From Mobula hypostoma (Eukaryota): a stretch of DNA of 64,000 nucleotides. A program made the translations under genes and the position numbers. This document shows positions 42,301 through 51,632 of this stretch, piece by piece. The DNA is taken from assembly GCF_963921235.1 (NCBI RefSeq), contig NC_086101.1:8620001-8684000 (forward strand), given 5' to 3'. The notes under the pieces are model-generated. The model saw only the letters and a list, made by a program, of their open reading frames with translations. It was not told the origin of the DNA and made no database searches. Position 1 is the stretch's first letter. The number at the start of each line of letters is the position of its first letter.

Positions 42301-45300
42301 CACTCTCCATGTTAATGAAGAATTCCACCATATTATGGTCACTCTTACCCAAGGGGCCTCTCACGACAAGATCGCTAATTAACCCTTCCTCATTGCTCAA
42401 AACCCAGTCCAGAATAGCCTGCTCTCTAGTCGGTTCCTCGACATGTTGGTTCAAAAAACCATCCCGCATACATTCCAAGAAATCCTCTTCCTCAGCACCT
42501 TTACCAATTTGGTTCACCCAGTCTACATGTAGATTGAAGTCACCCATTATAACTGCTGTTCCTTTATTGCACACATTTCTAATTTCCTGTTTAATTCCAT
42601 CTCCGACCTCACTACTACTGTTAGGTGGCCTGTACACAACTCCCACCAGCGTCTTCTGCCCCTTAGTGTTACGCAGCTCTACCCTACCATATCGATTCCA
42701 CATCTTCCCGGCTTATGTCCTTCCTTTCTATTGCGTTAATCTCTTTTTTAACCAGCAATGCCACCCCACCTCCCCTTCCTTCATGTCTATCCCTCCTGAA
42801 TATTGAATATCCCTGAACGTTGAGCTCCCATCCCTGGTCACCCTGGAGCCAAGTCTCTGTGATCCCAACTATATCATAATCATTAATAACAATCTGCACT
42901 TTCAATTCATCCACCTTATTACGAATGCTCCTTGCATTGACACATAAAGCCTTCAGGCGCTCTTTTACAACTCTCTTAGCCCTTTTTAATGCTTGCCCTG
43001 GATTTGTCGGCCTGCCACTTTTACTTTTCCCCTTTGTACTTTTTGCTTCTACGCTCACTTTACACCCCTCTGTCTCTCTGCACTGGTTCCCATCCCTCTG
43101 TTGTGAACTAACCTCCTCACACCTAGCCTCTTTAATTTGATTCCCACCCCCCAACCATTCTAGTTTAAAGTCACCTCAGTAGCCCCCGCTAATCTCCCGG
43201 CCAGGATATTGGTCCCCGTAGGATTTAAGTGTAACCCGTCCTTTTTGTACAGGTCACACCTGCGCCAAAAGAGGTCCCAATGATCCAAAAACTTGAATCC
43301 CTGCCCCCTGCTCCAATCCCTCAGCCACGCATTTATCCTCCACCTCATCGCATTCCTACTCTCACTGTCGCGTGGCACAGGCAGTAATCCCGAGATTACT
43401 ACCTTTGCGGTCCTTTTTCTCAACTCCCTTCCTAGCTCCCTATATTCTTCTTTCAGGACCTCATCCCTTTTCCTACCTATGTCATTGGTACCTATATGTA
43501 CCAGGACCTCTGGCTCTTCACCCTCCCACTTCAGGATATCTTGGACACGATCAGAAATATCCCGGACCCTGGCACCAGGGAGGCAAACTACCATCCGAGT
43601 CTCTGGACTGCGTCCACAGAATCGCCTATCTGACCCCCTTACTATCGAGTCCCCTATCACAACTGCCCTCCTCTTCCTTGCCCTACCCTTCTGAGCTACA
43701 GGGCCAGACTCTGTGCCGGAGGCAGGGCCACTGTCGCTTCCCCCGGGTAAGCTGTCCCCTCCAACAGTACTCAAACAGGAGTACCTGTTGTTAAGGGGCA
43801 CAGCCGCCGGGGTACTCCCCATCACCTGCCTTTTCCCCTTCCCCCTCCTAACCGTGACCCACTTGTCTGCCTCCCGTGGCCCCGGCGTGACCACCTGCCT
43901 TCCACTCCTTTCTATCACCTCCTCGCTCTCCCTGACCAGACGAAGGTCATCGAGCTGCAGCTCCAGTTCCGTAACGCGGTCCCTTAGGAGCTGCATCTCG
44001 ATGCACTTGGCGCAGATGTAGACGTCCGGGAGGCTTGGAGACTCCAGGGCCTCCCACATCCGACACCGAGAACAGCAAACTGCCCTCACAGTCATAATGC
44101 CCCTCTCCTCAAATAGCAACAGAAAATGAATGTCAAACCTTCCTCGCCTCGCCCGCTTCCGCCTAAGCCCGGTGAGCCGAAGCCCTTAAGTCTTCACTCT
44201 GCTCCCGGCTCACTCCGCCGCCCGCAAACTACGCTGCCCGCTCTATGAGGCTTTGTTCCTTTTAAATCTGCCGCGCTGCACTGCCCAACGTCACACGCCT
44301 GCGCAGTCCCGCCTCTCAGAAAGCCGTTGGAGAAAAAAAATAACGAAAATTTCAAAAATCTCTTTCTCGGCACTCCCACTCAGACTCTCAGACTCCTTCT
44401 TCGAATCAAATCCGAAGCAGGATGTCTGCCCTTTTAAATCTGCCGCGCTGCACTGCCCGACGTCACACGCCTGCGCAGTCCCGCCTCTCAGAAAGGTTGA
44501 ATAGGTTAGGACTTTATTCCCTGGAGCGTAGAAGAATGAGGGGAGATTTGATAGAGGTATATAAAATTATGATGGGTATAGATAGAGTGAATGCAAGCAG
44601 GCTTTTTCCACTGAGGCAAGGGGAGAAAAAAACCAGAGGACATGGGTTAAGGGTGAGGGGGGAAAAGTTTAAAGAGAACATTAGGGGGGGGCTTCTTCAC
44701 GCGGAGAGTGGTGGGAGTATGGAATGAGCTGCCAGACGAGGTGGTAAATGCGGGTTCTTTTTTAACATTTAAGAATAAATTGGACAAATACATGGATGGG
44801 AGGTGTATGGAGGGATATGGTCCGTGTGCAGGTCGGTGGGACTAGGCAGAAAATGGTTCGGCACAGCCAAGAAGGGCCAAAGGGCCTGTTTCTGTGCTGT
44901 AGTTTCTATGGTTCTATGGTATGGTTCTATGAGATGAAGGTACTTGGTGTGAGAGAAGTGAGATTGAATTGGATATATTTTCATGTGCTGTATTGAAACT
45001 GGAAGTTGATAGGTGCTTGCAACCCACGCAATATGCTGGAGAAACTCAGCAGGCCAGGTAGCATCTATGGAAAAGAGTACAGTTAACCTTTCAGGTCGAG
45101 ATCATCCAGTCCTGCCGAAGGGTCTTGGCCTGAAATGTCGACTGTACTCTTTCCCATAGATGGTGCAAGGCCTGCTGAGTTCCTCCAGCATTTTGTGTGT
45201 GTGCTTGGATTTCCATCATCTGCAGATTTTGTCTTGTTTGTGGTTGATAAGTTCTTGATTATTCAGGTCCATTGGTGCAGCCTGATTTGCTGAGTTCCTA

Positions 45301-48300
45301 TAGTGTGTGTGGGGCACAGGGGAATACTGCCATCTGCAGGTGCAATCTGAACTGTGCTCCATGCCAACTTCCACTTCAAGCCAAGTTTACTGTCGTGTTA
45401 GATACAGGTGTAGTGAAAACCATGCTTGCAGCAGCATAGTAGGCATATACGGACAGACAACACAGAGGACATAAATTTTACATGGAACAATGTTCGCAAT
45501 CCTAATCACAACCTCAGTATAACAACACCATGATACAAAAGTAGGTGGAAGGGCAGATGGTGTTGAGAAAGCACAGAGTCTACAGAAGGACTTGGACAGA
45601 TTGGGACAATGGGTACATAAATGGGCAGATGAAATACAGTGCCAGGAAGAGTGTGTCCATGCACTTTGGCTGAAGCTATAAAGGTGTAGACTGTTTTCAA
45701 AGTGGGGAGAGGACTGTAGGTGCAAAGAGTCCTCATGAAGGATTTCCTAAAGGTTAACTTGCTGGTTGTGTCAGTAGCAAGGAAGGGAAATGCAATGTTA
45801 GCATTCATTTTGAGAGGATATCAATATAAAAACAAAGATATAATGTTGGGGCTTTAAAAGCCGTGGATTGGACTTCAATTGGAGTACTGTGAGCAGTTTT
45901 GGTCCCATTATTTATGAAATTGTATGCTTTCATTGAAGAGGATCCGGAGGAGGTTTAAGAGTAATCCCAGGAATAAAAGGGTTAATGCCAGAGGACTGTT
46001 AGATGGCTCTGGGCCTGCACTCACTGGAGATCAGAAGAATTAGTGAGGATTTCATTGAAACCTATCAAACATTGAAAGGCCGAGATAGAGTGGACGTGGA
46101 GAGGATGTTTCGAATACTGGGAGAGCCGAGGAGAGGGCACAGCCGCAGAATGGAAGGATGTCCCTTTAGAACAAAGAAGTGGAGACATTTCTTTTACCAG
46201 AGGGCAGTGAATCTGTGGAATTTATTGCCACAGACAGCTCTGGAGGCCAAGTCATTGGGTTAGTATAACCGGGGGCTGATAGGTTCTTGATTAGTAAGGA
46301 TGTCGAAGATTATGGCAAAAAGGCAGGAGAATAGGGTTGAGAGGGAAAATAAATCAGCCATGATCAAGTGGTGGATCAGACATGATAGGCCAAATGGCCA
46401 AACTCTGCTGCTGTCTTGTGCTCTTTGGACTACAGTCACCACTTTCGCTACAATGGATGTGGTGGTTGCAATTGTGGGCTTGCTTGTACAGTATATCAGT
46501 GTTTCACTTGTGTCTGATGCCCCGTCCCTGTGATGCTGCTGCAGGTTTTTCATTGTGTCTGTGCATACATGTGACAATAAACTTGGCCTTGACTTTGACT
46601 ATATAGGGTATGCAGAGAAAAGTGGGAGAATGCAATGTGCAAAACCAGGCATTAGTGCAAACAAAGTTCACACCGAGACAATTCACACATTAATACACGA
46701 GATCTATAGTGTCCTTTCACAGAGACAATTTCACATTAATACAAGAGGTCTGAAGTGTCCTTTCACAGAGACAATTCCACAGTAATACAAGAGGTCTGAA
46801 GTGTCCTTTCACAGAGACAATTCCACAGTAATACAAGAGGTCTGAAGTGTCCTTTCACAGAGACAATTCCACATTAATACAAGAGGTCTGAAGTGTCCTT
46901 TCACAGAGACAATTCCACAGTAATACAAGAGGTGCATGTTCTGTTGCTGAGGTAGTCAGGTTGCATAGGTCAGTTCAACAACCTGATGGCTGTAGGGAAG
47001 TAGCTGTTCATGAACCTGGTGATGTGGATCTTCAGGCTTCTGTATTACCTGCCTGTCAGCAGCAGTGAGAAGAAAGCATGGCCTGGCTGCTCGACATTGC
47101 TGATCAATATTATCAGAGTCTAACTCGCACTACTCTCTCTCCAATAGCACATTTGCAGCACATTCCATAAAAGGATGGTTCCCTTTCCCCTCTTTCCTCC
47201 CCCCACCTTCTGAAGAACAGAGGGATGAGAATAATATGACCATAAGATATAGGAGCAGAATTGGGCCATTCGACCAGTGTAGTCTGCTCCGCCTCTTCAT
47301 GGCTGAATTAATTTCCCTCTCAATCTCTTTCTCCTGCCTTCTCCCCATACTTGCTACTGAAGAACCTATCAACCTCTGCTTTAAATACACCTAATTACTT
47401 GGCCTCCACAGCCGTATGTGATAATGAATTCCACAGGTTCCGCACTGTCTGACTAAAGAATTTTCTCCACATTTCTGTTCTAAATGGACATTCCTCTATT
47501 GTGAGGCTGTGCCCTCTTGGCCCTAGATTCTCCCTCTAATGGAAGCATCCACTCCACATCCACTCTATCTCAGTCTTTCAATAGTCAGTAGATTCAATGA
47601 GATGCCTCTCCACCCCCCAACACCCCTTATTCTTCTAAACTGAAGCGAGAGCAGGCCCAGAGTCATAAAGCATGGATCTTGTGTCCACCCTTTCATCCAA
47701 GGACAATCCTGTCCACCTCCACTTGTTGGCCTTGCAATCCTCAGATCTGTTAAAGTAAACAAGAAGCTTTCTGACCCTTGACTTTTTCTTCTGAGGAGTG
47801 TTTGATGCTCTGGGTTTTTATTCGATGAAGTTCAGAACGATCAGAAGGATTTCACTGAAACCTGCAAGATACTGAAAGGCTCAAGAGAGTGGATGTGGAC
47901 AAGATATTTCCATCAATGGAAGAGTCTAGAACCAGAGGGCACAGTCTCAGAATAAAGGAATTCTCCTTTCGAACAAAAATGAGGAGACATTTGTTCAGCC
48001 AAGGAGGTGAATCTGTGGAATTCATTGCCACAGATAGCTGTGGAGACGATGTCACTGGGTGTTTTAAGGCAGGGGTCCTTGATCGGTAATCGTTGAAGGT
48101 TATGCGAATGAGGGTGGGAAGACTGAGAAAGAATTAGCCATGATTGTATAGTGATGGGCTGAATGGCCTTATTCCCAGTAAAGGAGGGGAAGCAGTGAGG
48201 TTGGAACGATGTGTGTGTGTGTGTGTGGTGAATCTGTGGAAGTCATTGCTACATTTAGACAGGAACATAAATGGTAGAAAAATTGAGAGTTATGGAGGAG

Positions 48301-48820
48301 GGAAGGGTTAGAAATGTTCCGAGAGTAGGTTAGACATTTGGCACAACATCAGGGCCACAGGGCCTGCACAGTGCTGTAATATTCTATTTTATATGTTCAA
48401 ATGGATGTGGAGGCCAAGTCAGTGGGTATATTTGAAACAGCGCTTAATGGGATTTAATTTGTAAAAGTGTCAAATGTTTAGGGGCAGGAAAATGGGGTTG
48501 AGATTGAATGATAGAACAGACTCGATAGGCTAATTCTGTTCCAATGTCACGTGGTCTTATTGTAACCCAAGACCTCGTCGGAGGGTGAGGGACAGAGAAG
48601 GAAGAGGAAAGGGATGTAGAGAAGGAGGGGGATAGGGAAAGGAGGGAGGAATGCAAATTGTGAGACCAGAAGAGATCGGAGTAGAAATAGGCCAATTGGC
48701 CCATCGAGACAGCTCTGCCAGCTGATCATGGCTGATTAATTATCCCTCTCAATCCCACTCTCCTGGGTGGGAATGGAGAGAAGGATAGAGGGACAAGTGG
48801 TGAGCAGGTAAATGGTGAGG

Positions 48821-48862
<42 letters not shown>

Positions 48863-49334
48863 CGTTCACGTTCACAGACAGTCGTATTGCAGAGACCATG
48901 GTCTGACCTTCATCCCTCTCCTCCCAGCCTTAGAGCAGCTTGACAACAGAACCGTGAAGTGGGGGTCTACCAGGATGGAATCCAGCCTCCAGGGCATGGA
49001 TTACAAAGACGGATTCATCATCGTTTTGGAGGCAGGCCATTACTATGTGTACGCCCAAGTCTCGTTCGTGGGGCCCAACTGCAGTGACATCTCAGAGGTC
49101 CTGGAGAGTAAAGTTCTGTACCAGCAGCATTCTAGCCACAAAGCCCTGGAACTCATGGAGGCAACCCAGTCAGCCTGTGAGAGGTCCAACAAAAAGAGTT
49201 GGTACCAGTCGATCCGGCAGGGGGGCGTCTTCCTGCTGGCCAAAGGCACGCGCCTGTTCCTGAAGATCAGTCCCCTCAGCCGGGCTGAAATGGAATACCA
49301 CAAGACCTATTTCGGAGCTTTCAAAATCCAGTGA
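6716..49334 (+). CDS. TNF-superfamily ligand (TNF/LT/TL1A/LIGHT/FasL-like), spliced: join(6716..6916,29159..29195,30586..30681,34740..34775,48928..49334), ~258 aa
   Basis: All four introns are GT..AG with compatible phases (0,1,1,1). The spliced product reads: short cytoplasmic tail, TM helix, stalk, '[15 protein letters not shown]', then a complete TNF homology domain. The orthology group cannot be resolved by eye. Confidence 0.8.
7494..8130 (+). mobile_element. Rex1/Babar-like LINE 3' fragment
   Basis: C-terminal motif [19 protein letters not shown]...[18 protein letters not shown]. Related relics lie near 5740-6280(+), 12790-13220(-), 27000-27360(-), 38900-39640(-) and 52100-52620(-). Confidence 0.75.
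10535..11115 (+). mobile_element. CR1 3' fragment (young subfamily)
   Basis: Encodes [16 protein letters not shown]...[16 protein letters not shown], followed by the family 3'UTR and tail. Confidence 0.9.
12237..12314. repeat. Compound (GA)n(GT)n microsatellite
   Basis: Directly visible. Confidence 0.97.
13963..14445 (+). mobile_element. CR1 3' fragment, second subfamily
   Basis: Encodes [21 protein letters not shown]..., near-identical to 63472-64000. Confidence 0.88.
14860..15915. mobile_element. Penelope-like element remnants (ORF C-terminus on -, pLTR on +)
   Basis: About 15530-15690(-) and 55820-55883(+) match an ORF end like F.LGS.Q.DGMNIDFSNFR*. An RT-like remnant lies near 56405-56550. 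Confidence 0.55.
14991..15427. mobile_element. Palindromic hAT-type MITE
   Basis: CAGGG...CCCTG termini, inverted arms of about 200 bp, and a perfect 8-bp TSD TGAAGAAG at 14983-14990 and 15428-15435. Confidence 0.88.
16112..16191. mobile_element. 80-bp hAT-Charlie-like MITE
   Basis: CAGGGG...AGGTTGGGAACCCCTG, with a near-perfect 8-bp TSD (CTTTAGAC / CCTTAGAC). Confidence 0.75.
16210..16345 (-). mobile_element. RTE-clade 3' end relic
   Basis: Encodes [20 protein letters not shown] related piece lies at about 90-190 (+). Confidence 0.55.
17066..17499 (+). mobile_element. CR1 3' fragment (young subfamily)
   Basis: Encodes [18 protein letters not shown]..., followed by the family 3'UTR. Confidence 0.88.
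18388..18692 (-). mobile_element. tRNA-headed SINE with CORE-like segment
   Basis: On the minus strand: A-box TGGCCAACTGG, B-box GAGTTCGAGCC, then gtccttgagcaagacacttaac. Confidence 0.6.
20340..20945 (-). mobile_element. HERO/R2-group non-LTR relic (restriction-like endonuclease C-terminus)
   Basis: [35 protein letters not shown]...KKPKY resembles the RPD..ELTVPWE..RK..KY RLE motif. Confidence 0.7.
21075..21870 (+). mobile_element. Older CR1 3' fragment
   Basis: Encodes [12 protein letters not shown]...[10 protein letters not shown], with stops. Confidence 0.85.
22985..23212 (+). mobile_element. tRNA-derived V-SINE (HE1-like)
   Basis: tRNA-like head plus V-domain-like gtgggtttcctccg..ctc..tttcctcccacattccaaaga. 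Other copies lie near 18720-18920, 22370-22490, 28285-28600 and 26500-26685(-). Confidence 0.65.
24350..24690 (-). mobile_element. Vingi/Ingi-like LINE C-terminal relic
   Basis: [18 protein letters not shown] resembles the W..LNRLRTGHG motif. Confidence 0.45.
29159..29195 (+). CDS. TNFSF exon 2 (37 nt, [12 protein letters not shown])
   Basis: Acceptor gtctccccattgcag|GA and donor GAAG|gtaagt. Phase 0 to 1, as needed to join exon 1 to the downstream exons. Confidence 0.7.
29300..30535. repeat. Degenerate repeat array with core CTGGGATCTTGCTGTG
   Basis: Ten or more copies of the core at irregular spacing (about 30-50 bp in the densest part). Confidence 0.7.
30586..30681 (+). CDS. TNFSF exon 3 (96 nt, Pro/Thr/Gln-rich stalk)
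   Basis: Acceptor tgactcaccctctccgttacag| and donor GGAG|gtaagc. Open in phase 1-1: [32 protein letters not shown]. Confidence 0.6.
31600..34050 (+). mobile_element. Degenerate CR1 5' half (ORF1 esterase plus endonuclease remnants)
   Basis: Remnants include [18 protein letters not shown], ggagattccatc (GDSI), ggcaccaatgac (GTND) and endonuclease pieces. Interrupted near 33255-33555. Confidence 0.8.
34740..34775 (+). CDS. TNFSF exon 4 (36 nt, [12 protein letters not shown]; first beta-strand of the TNF domain)
   Basis: Acceptor ctgtttcgttccgcag| and donor ATAG|gtaagt. PIAHI resembles the PVAHV/PAAHL strand-A motif, and the phase-1 junction sits where TNF has it. Confidence 0.85.
   Translation: MPQESCRLLIL
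37562..38098 (+). mobile_element. Tc1/mariner-derived non-autonomous element
   Basis: TIR-like gtggccactttt..aggt / gtggccactgaatg with TA flanks, and an internal decayed transposase N-terminus (gatctcctgggattttca = DLLGFS). Confidence 0.7.
40151..43169 (-). pseudogene. CR1 ORF2 (endonuclease-RT) with two visible lesions
   Basis: Motifs [31 protein letters not shown] and FADD are present. There is a 4-bp duplication frameshift near 42685 and a CAG>TAG change at 40922-40924; the sister copy near 3020 has CAG. Confidence 0.9.
43160..44095 (-). CDS. CR1 ORF1p: CxxC..CxxC zinc finger, coiled coil, SGNH/GDSL esterase
   Basis: Intact ORF from [11 protein letters not shown] with CAKC and [15 protein letters not shown], and the esterase blocks GDSIV, HIGTND and DGLH. 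Confidence 0.9.
   Translation of the reverse strand: MTVRAVCCSRCRMWEALESPSLPDVYICAKCIEMQLLRDRVTELELQLDDLRLVRESEEVIERSGRQVVTPGPREADKWVTVRRGKGKRQVMGSTPAAVPLNNRYSCLSTVGGDSLPGGSDSGPASGTESGPVAQKGRARKRRAVVIGDSIVRGSDRRFCGRSPETRMVVCLPGARVRDISDRVQDILKWEGEEPEVLVHIGTNDIGRKRDEVLKEEYRELGRELRKRTAKVVISGLLPVPRDSESRNAMRWRINAWLRDWSRGQGFKFLDHWDLFWRRCDLYKKDGLHLNPTGTNILAGRLAGATEVTLN
45530..46420 (+). mobile_element. Older CR1 3' fragment
   Basis: Degenerate ORF2 C-terminus ([14 protein letters not shown]). Confidence 0.8.
46675..46933. repeat. 46-bp tandem repeat, ~5.5 copies
   Basis: TAATAC recurs at 46691, 46737, 46783, 46829, 46875 and 46921. Confidence 0.95.
48824..48861. repeat. (GT)n microsatellite ~65 nt upstream of the last TNFSF exon
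   Basis: Directly visible. Confidence 0.95.
48928..49334 (+). CDS. TNFSF terminal exon (TNF homology domain)
   Basis: Acceptor catccctctcctcccag|. Contains [14 protein letters not shown], the Cys pair (GPNC / QSAC), [13 protein letters not shown] and KTYFGAF, then TGA. Confidence 0.93.
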
Positions 49335-51428
49335 CTGCCTCTGTGGGCCGAGGGGCGGGTAAGGAGAGAGGGGACGCTGGCTCCTTTAAAACACAGCCCC
49401 TTACCCATCCCAGGCCCCACCCTCCGTGAACATTGACAGCGATGAAGGACTGCCTCTTCGAGGGGCTAATTTGCAAATTATGATCTTCCCCCAACCACCC
49501 CCCCTTGAACATTGAATCTCAAAGACTGGCTGGTTTTGGAGTTCCCACCCCTTTTTTAAAGGGATGGAAGTGTTGAGGGCAGGGGAGAAGCTAGTTTCTG
49601 CAGAGAGTGTAGGTACCGCCGCCTCGATCCCACCCGTGTTCCGATGTTGAAGTGGGGGACATCAGGTGTGCGGAGTTAAAGCAGGGGTGATCTCTCCCTT
49701 GTTGGAAAGGACGTGGGGAAGTCATCGAGGATCGGGTTAGGGAGGTGGTGGTGCTGGGTTGAGTGAGGGGTGGGGACAGGACATCACCACCAATCTGTCC
49801 CACTCTCTTCGGATCGGCGGCTGATCCTTCGGCACACCGAATTTGCACTTTCGAGTCTCGGCCCGTTTCTGTGGGAGAGGGGGAGTGAAGGGGTTCTGGT
49901 CGCTCGGAATGAAGGGGACTTAGAAACTGCTGTCCAGGCCTTGGATGACTGAGGACCCAAGACATCTGGGGCCGCGGGATAAGGGCTGTGACAGAAGGAT
50001 TCCACAGAGCGCTCGGGGAGCACAAAACATAGGAGCAGGTTTAGGCTATTCAGCCGTGGTCTTTTGGATGTGTTCTAAAATGGAACAAAGCTGTCCAGCA
50101 TTTTCCTGCATCCCAGGAATCCACGCTGGGAAGGAGGGTCTGGAATAAGAACCGGACCCATGCGGTCGATTAGACCCCGTGGAGGGGCTGAACCTAACAA
50201 TTCTTCAGGTCAAAGTACCTCTGTTACAGTTCTCCCAAGGTGACTTCAATCCCTGATAGAGGTGTATAAGATGATGAGAGGCACTGATCATGTGGATAGT
50301 CAGAGGCTTTTTCCCGGGGCTGGAATGGCCAATAAGAGAGGGCACAGGTTTAAGGTGCTGGGGAGTAGGTACAGAGGAGATGTCAGGGGTAAGTTATTTT
50401 ACGCAGAGAGTGGTGAGTGTGTGGAATGGGCTGCCGGTGGTGCTGGTGGAGGCACATATGACAGGGTCATTTAAGAGACTCCTGGATAGGTACATGGAGC
50501 TTAGAAAAATACAGGGCTATGGGTAACCCTAGGTAACTTCTAAAGTAAGTTCATGTTCGTCACAGCATTGTGGGTGGAAGGGCCTGTACTGTGCTGTAGG
50601 TTTTCCATGCTTCTAATCCCAAGGCATTTCCCCGCCTCAAACTGTTCCCGCTTGAGGGAGAGTCACGAACATGGGGTCTGGAGAAGGGGCCTGTCTTTTG
50701 AAAATAGGGACGTGTGGAAATATCTCTCTCTAGGTAGTGAGGATCTGAAATTCTCTGCCTCCGAGGGAGGGCAAGTAGGGAATCATTGGATAGATTAAAG
50801 GTGGAGACAGAAATATTTTATCCAACGTGGAATGGAGCATGTTTGGGGAACTAGTGCGTAAAATGGTTGAGGAGAGCCATAAAGAACAAATAAAGGGGTC
50901 GCGGATACTGGGGGCCTGTATTAAAATAAAACACACTAAAAATCTCAACGGGCCGAGCAGTATCCATGGAGGCAAAAGGCATACGTCCACATTTCACGTC
51001 GCGATCCCACATCAGGAAAACAGCCATGATCACTTTGGATGGCGGGGCAGGTTTGAGAGCCAACCCCGAATGTACTGACCGGTGTTTCTGAAATATCAGC
51101 TCCCCACAGAGGCTGACTGACCGGCTGAGTGTTACCACTGTTTTCTGAATTTATTTCAGGTTTCAATGAATTGCCTCCAGGAGGCAGGAGCACTTTAGGA
51201 TGGGGCTCACACCCTGCTTCCCTCCCCCTCCCCCCCAAACGAGTGTCTGTGGTTGAGTTCGGGAAAGCGTCTGAGTGGGATTGCTCTGAATAATCGGCCG
51301 AAAGGTCGTTCTTCATGGGTAAACAAAATTAACTGGATAGGGTTGTGGTGGGAAGCTGGTGTCATTGGAAAGGAGACTCCAGGACTGAACGCAGTCTCAT
51401 GGTCAACGCTTGCTGCTAGTGTTCTGAA

Positions 51429-51632
51429 ATTTAGTGCCTTTATTTATTACATGCGGGCTTTTGATCTAACTTATTTTAACAGTTATTTTCGGGTGTTAAA
51501 AATTTGGTGATGGGATGTTGTGTTACAGAGACAGAGCGAATTCCGCTGTGACACTGGGAAACCGTGTTTAGGATATTTTTTTTTGCACAGGGGATTCGTG
51601 TCGGCGGATCTCCGTCCCGCGGGTTCAATAAA
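51429..51632 (+). promoter_or_regulatory. Candidate 3'UTR AU-rich element and poly(A) signal
   Basis: ATTTA at 51429, nonamer TTATTTATT at 51440-51448 and AATAAA at 51627. Earlier AATAAA hexamers also occur near 50889 and 50925. Confidence 0.3.

Larger units (their letters stand above)
40060..44489 (-). mobile_element. Near full-length young CR1 LINE
   Basis: Has a 5'UTR, ORF1, ORF2 (APE endonuclease plus RT) and a (TTTCTATG)n tail. AGAAA is repeated at 40055-40059 and 44490-44494. It splits another CR1 whose halves rejoin as ...ttacagagaaa|ggttgaatagg... Confidence 0.95.
39706..44931 (+). mobile_element. Host CR1 3' fragment (39706-40059 plus 44495-44931) split by the full-length CR1
   Basis: Coding sequence is continuous across the insertion: [25 protein letters not shown]. 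Confidence 0.85.

Noticed and set aside
42036..42806. 256-aa plus-strand ORF and similar antisense ORFs over CR1 copies
   Set aside because: These are shadow ORFs of LINE coding sequence with no independent protein features.
46675..46933. CRISPR-like array
   Set aside because: It is a plain tandem repeat without spacers.
48828..48927. N-terminus MCVCVCV... of the 168-aa ORF
   Set aside because: This is intronic (GT)n sequence read through. The real exon starts at the acceptor at 48928.
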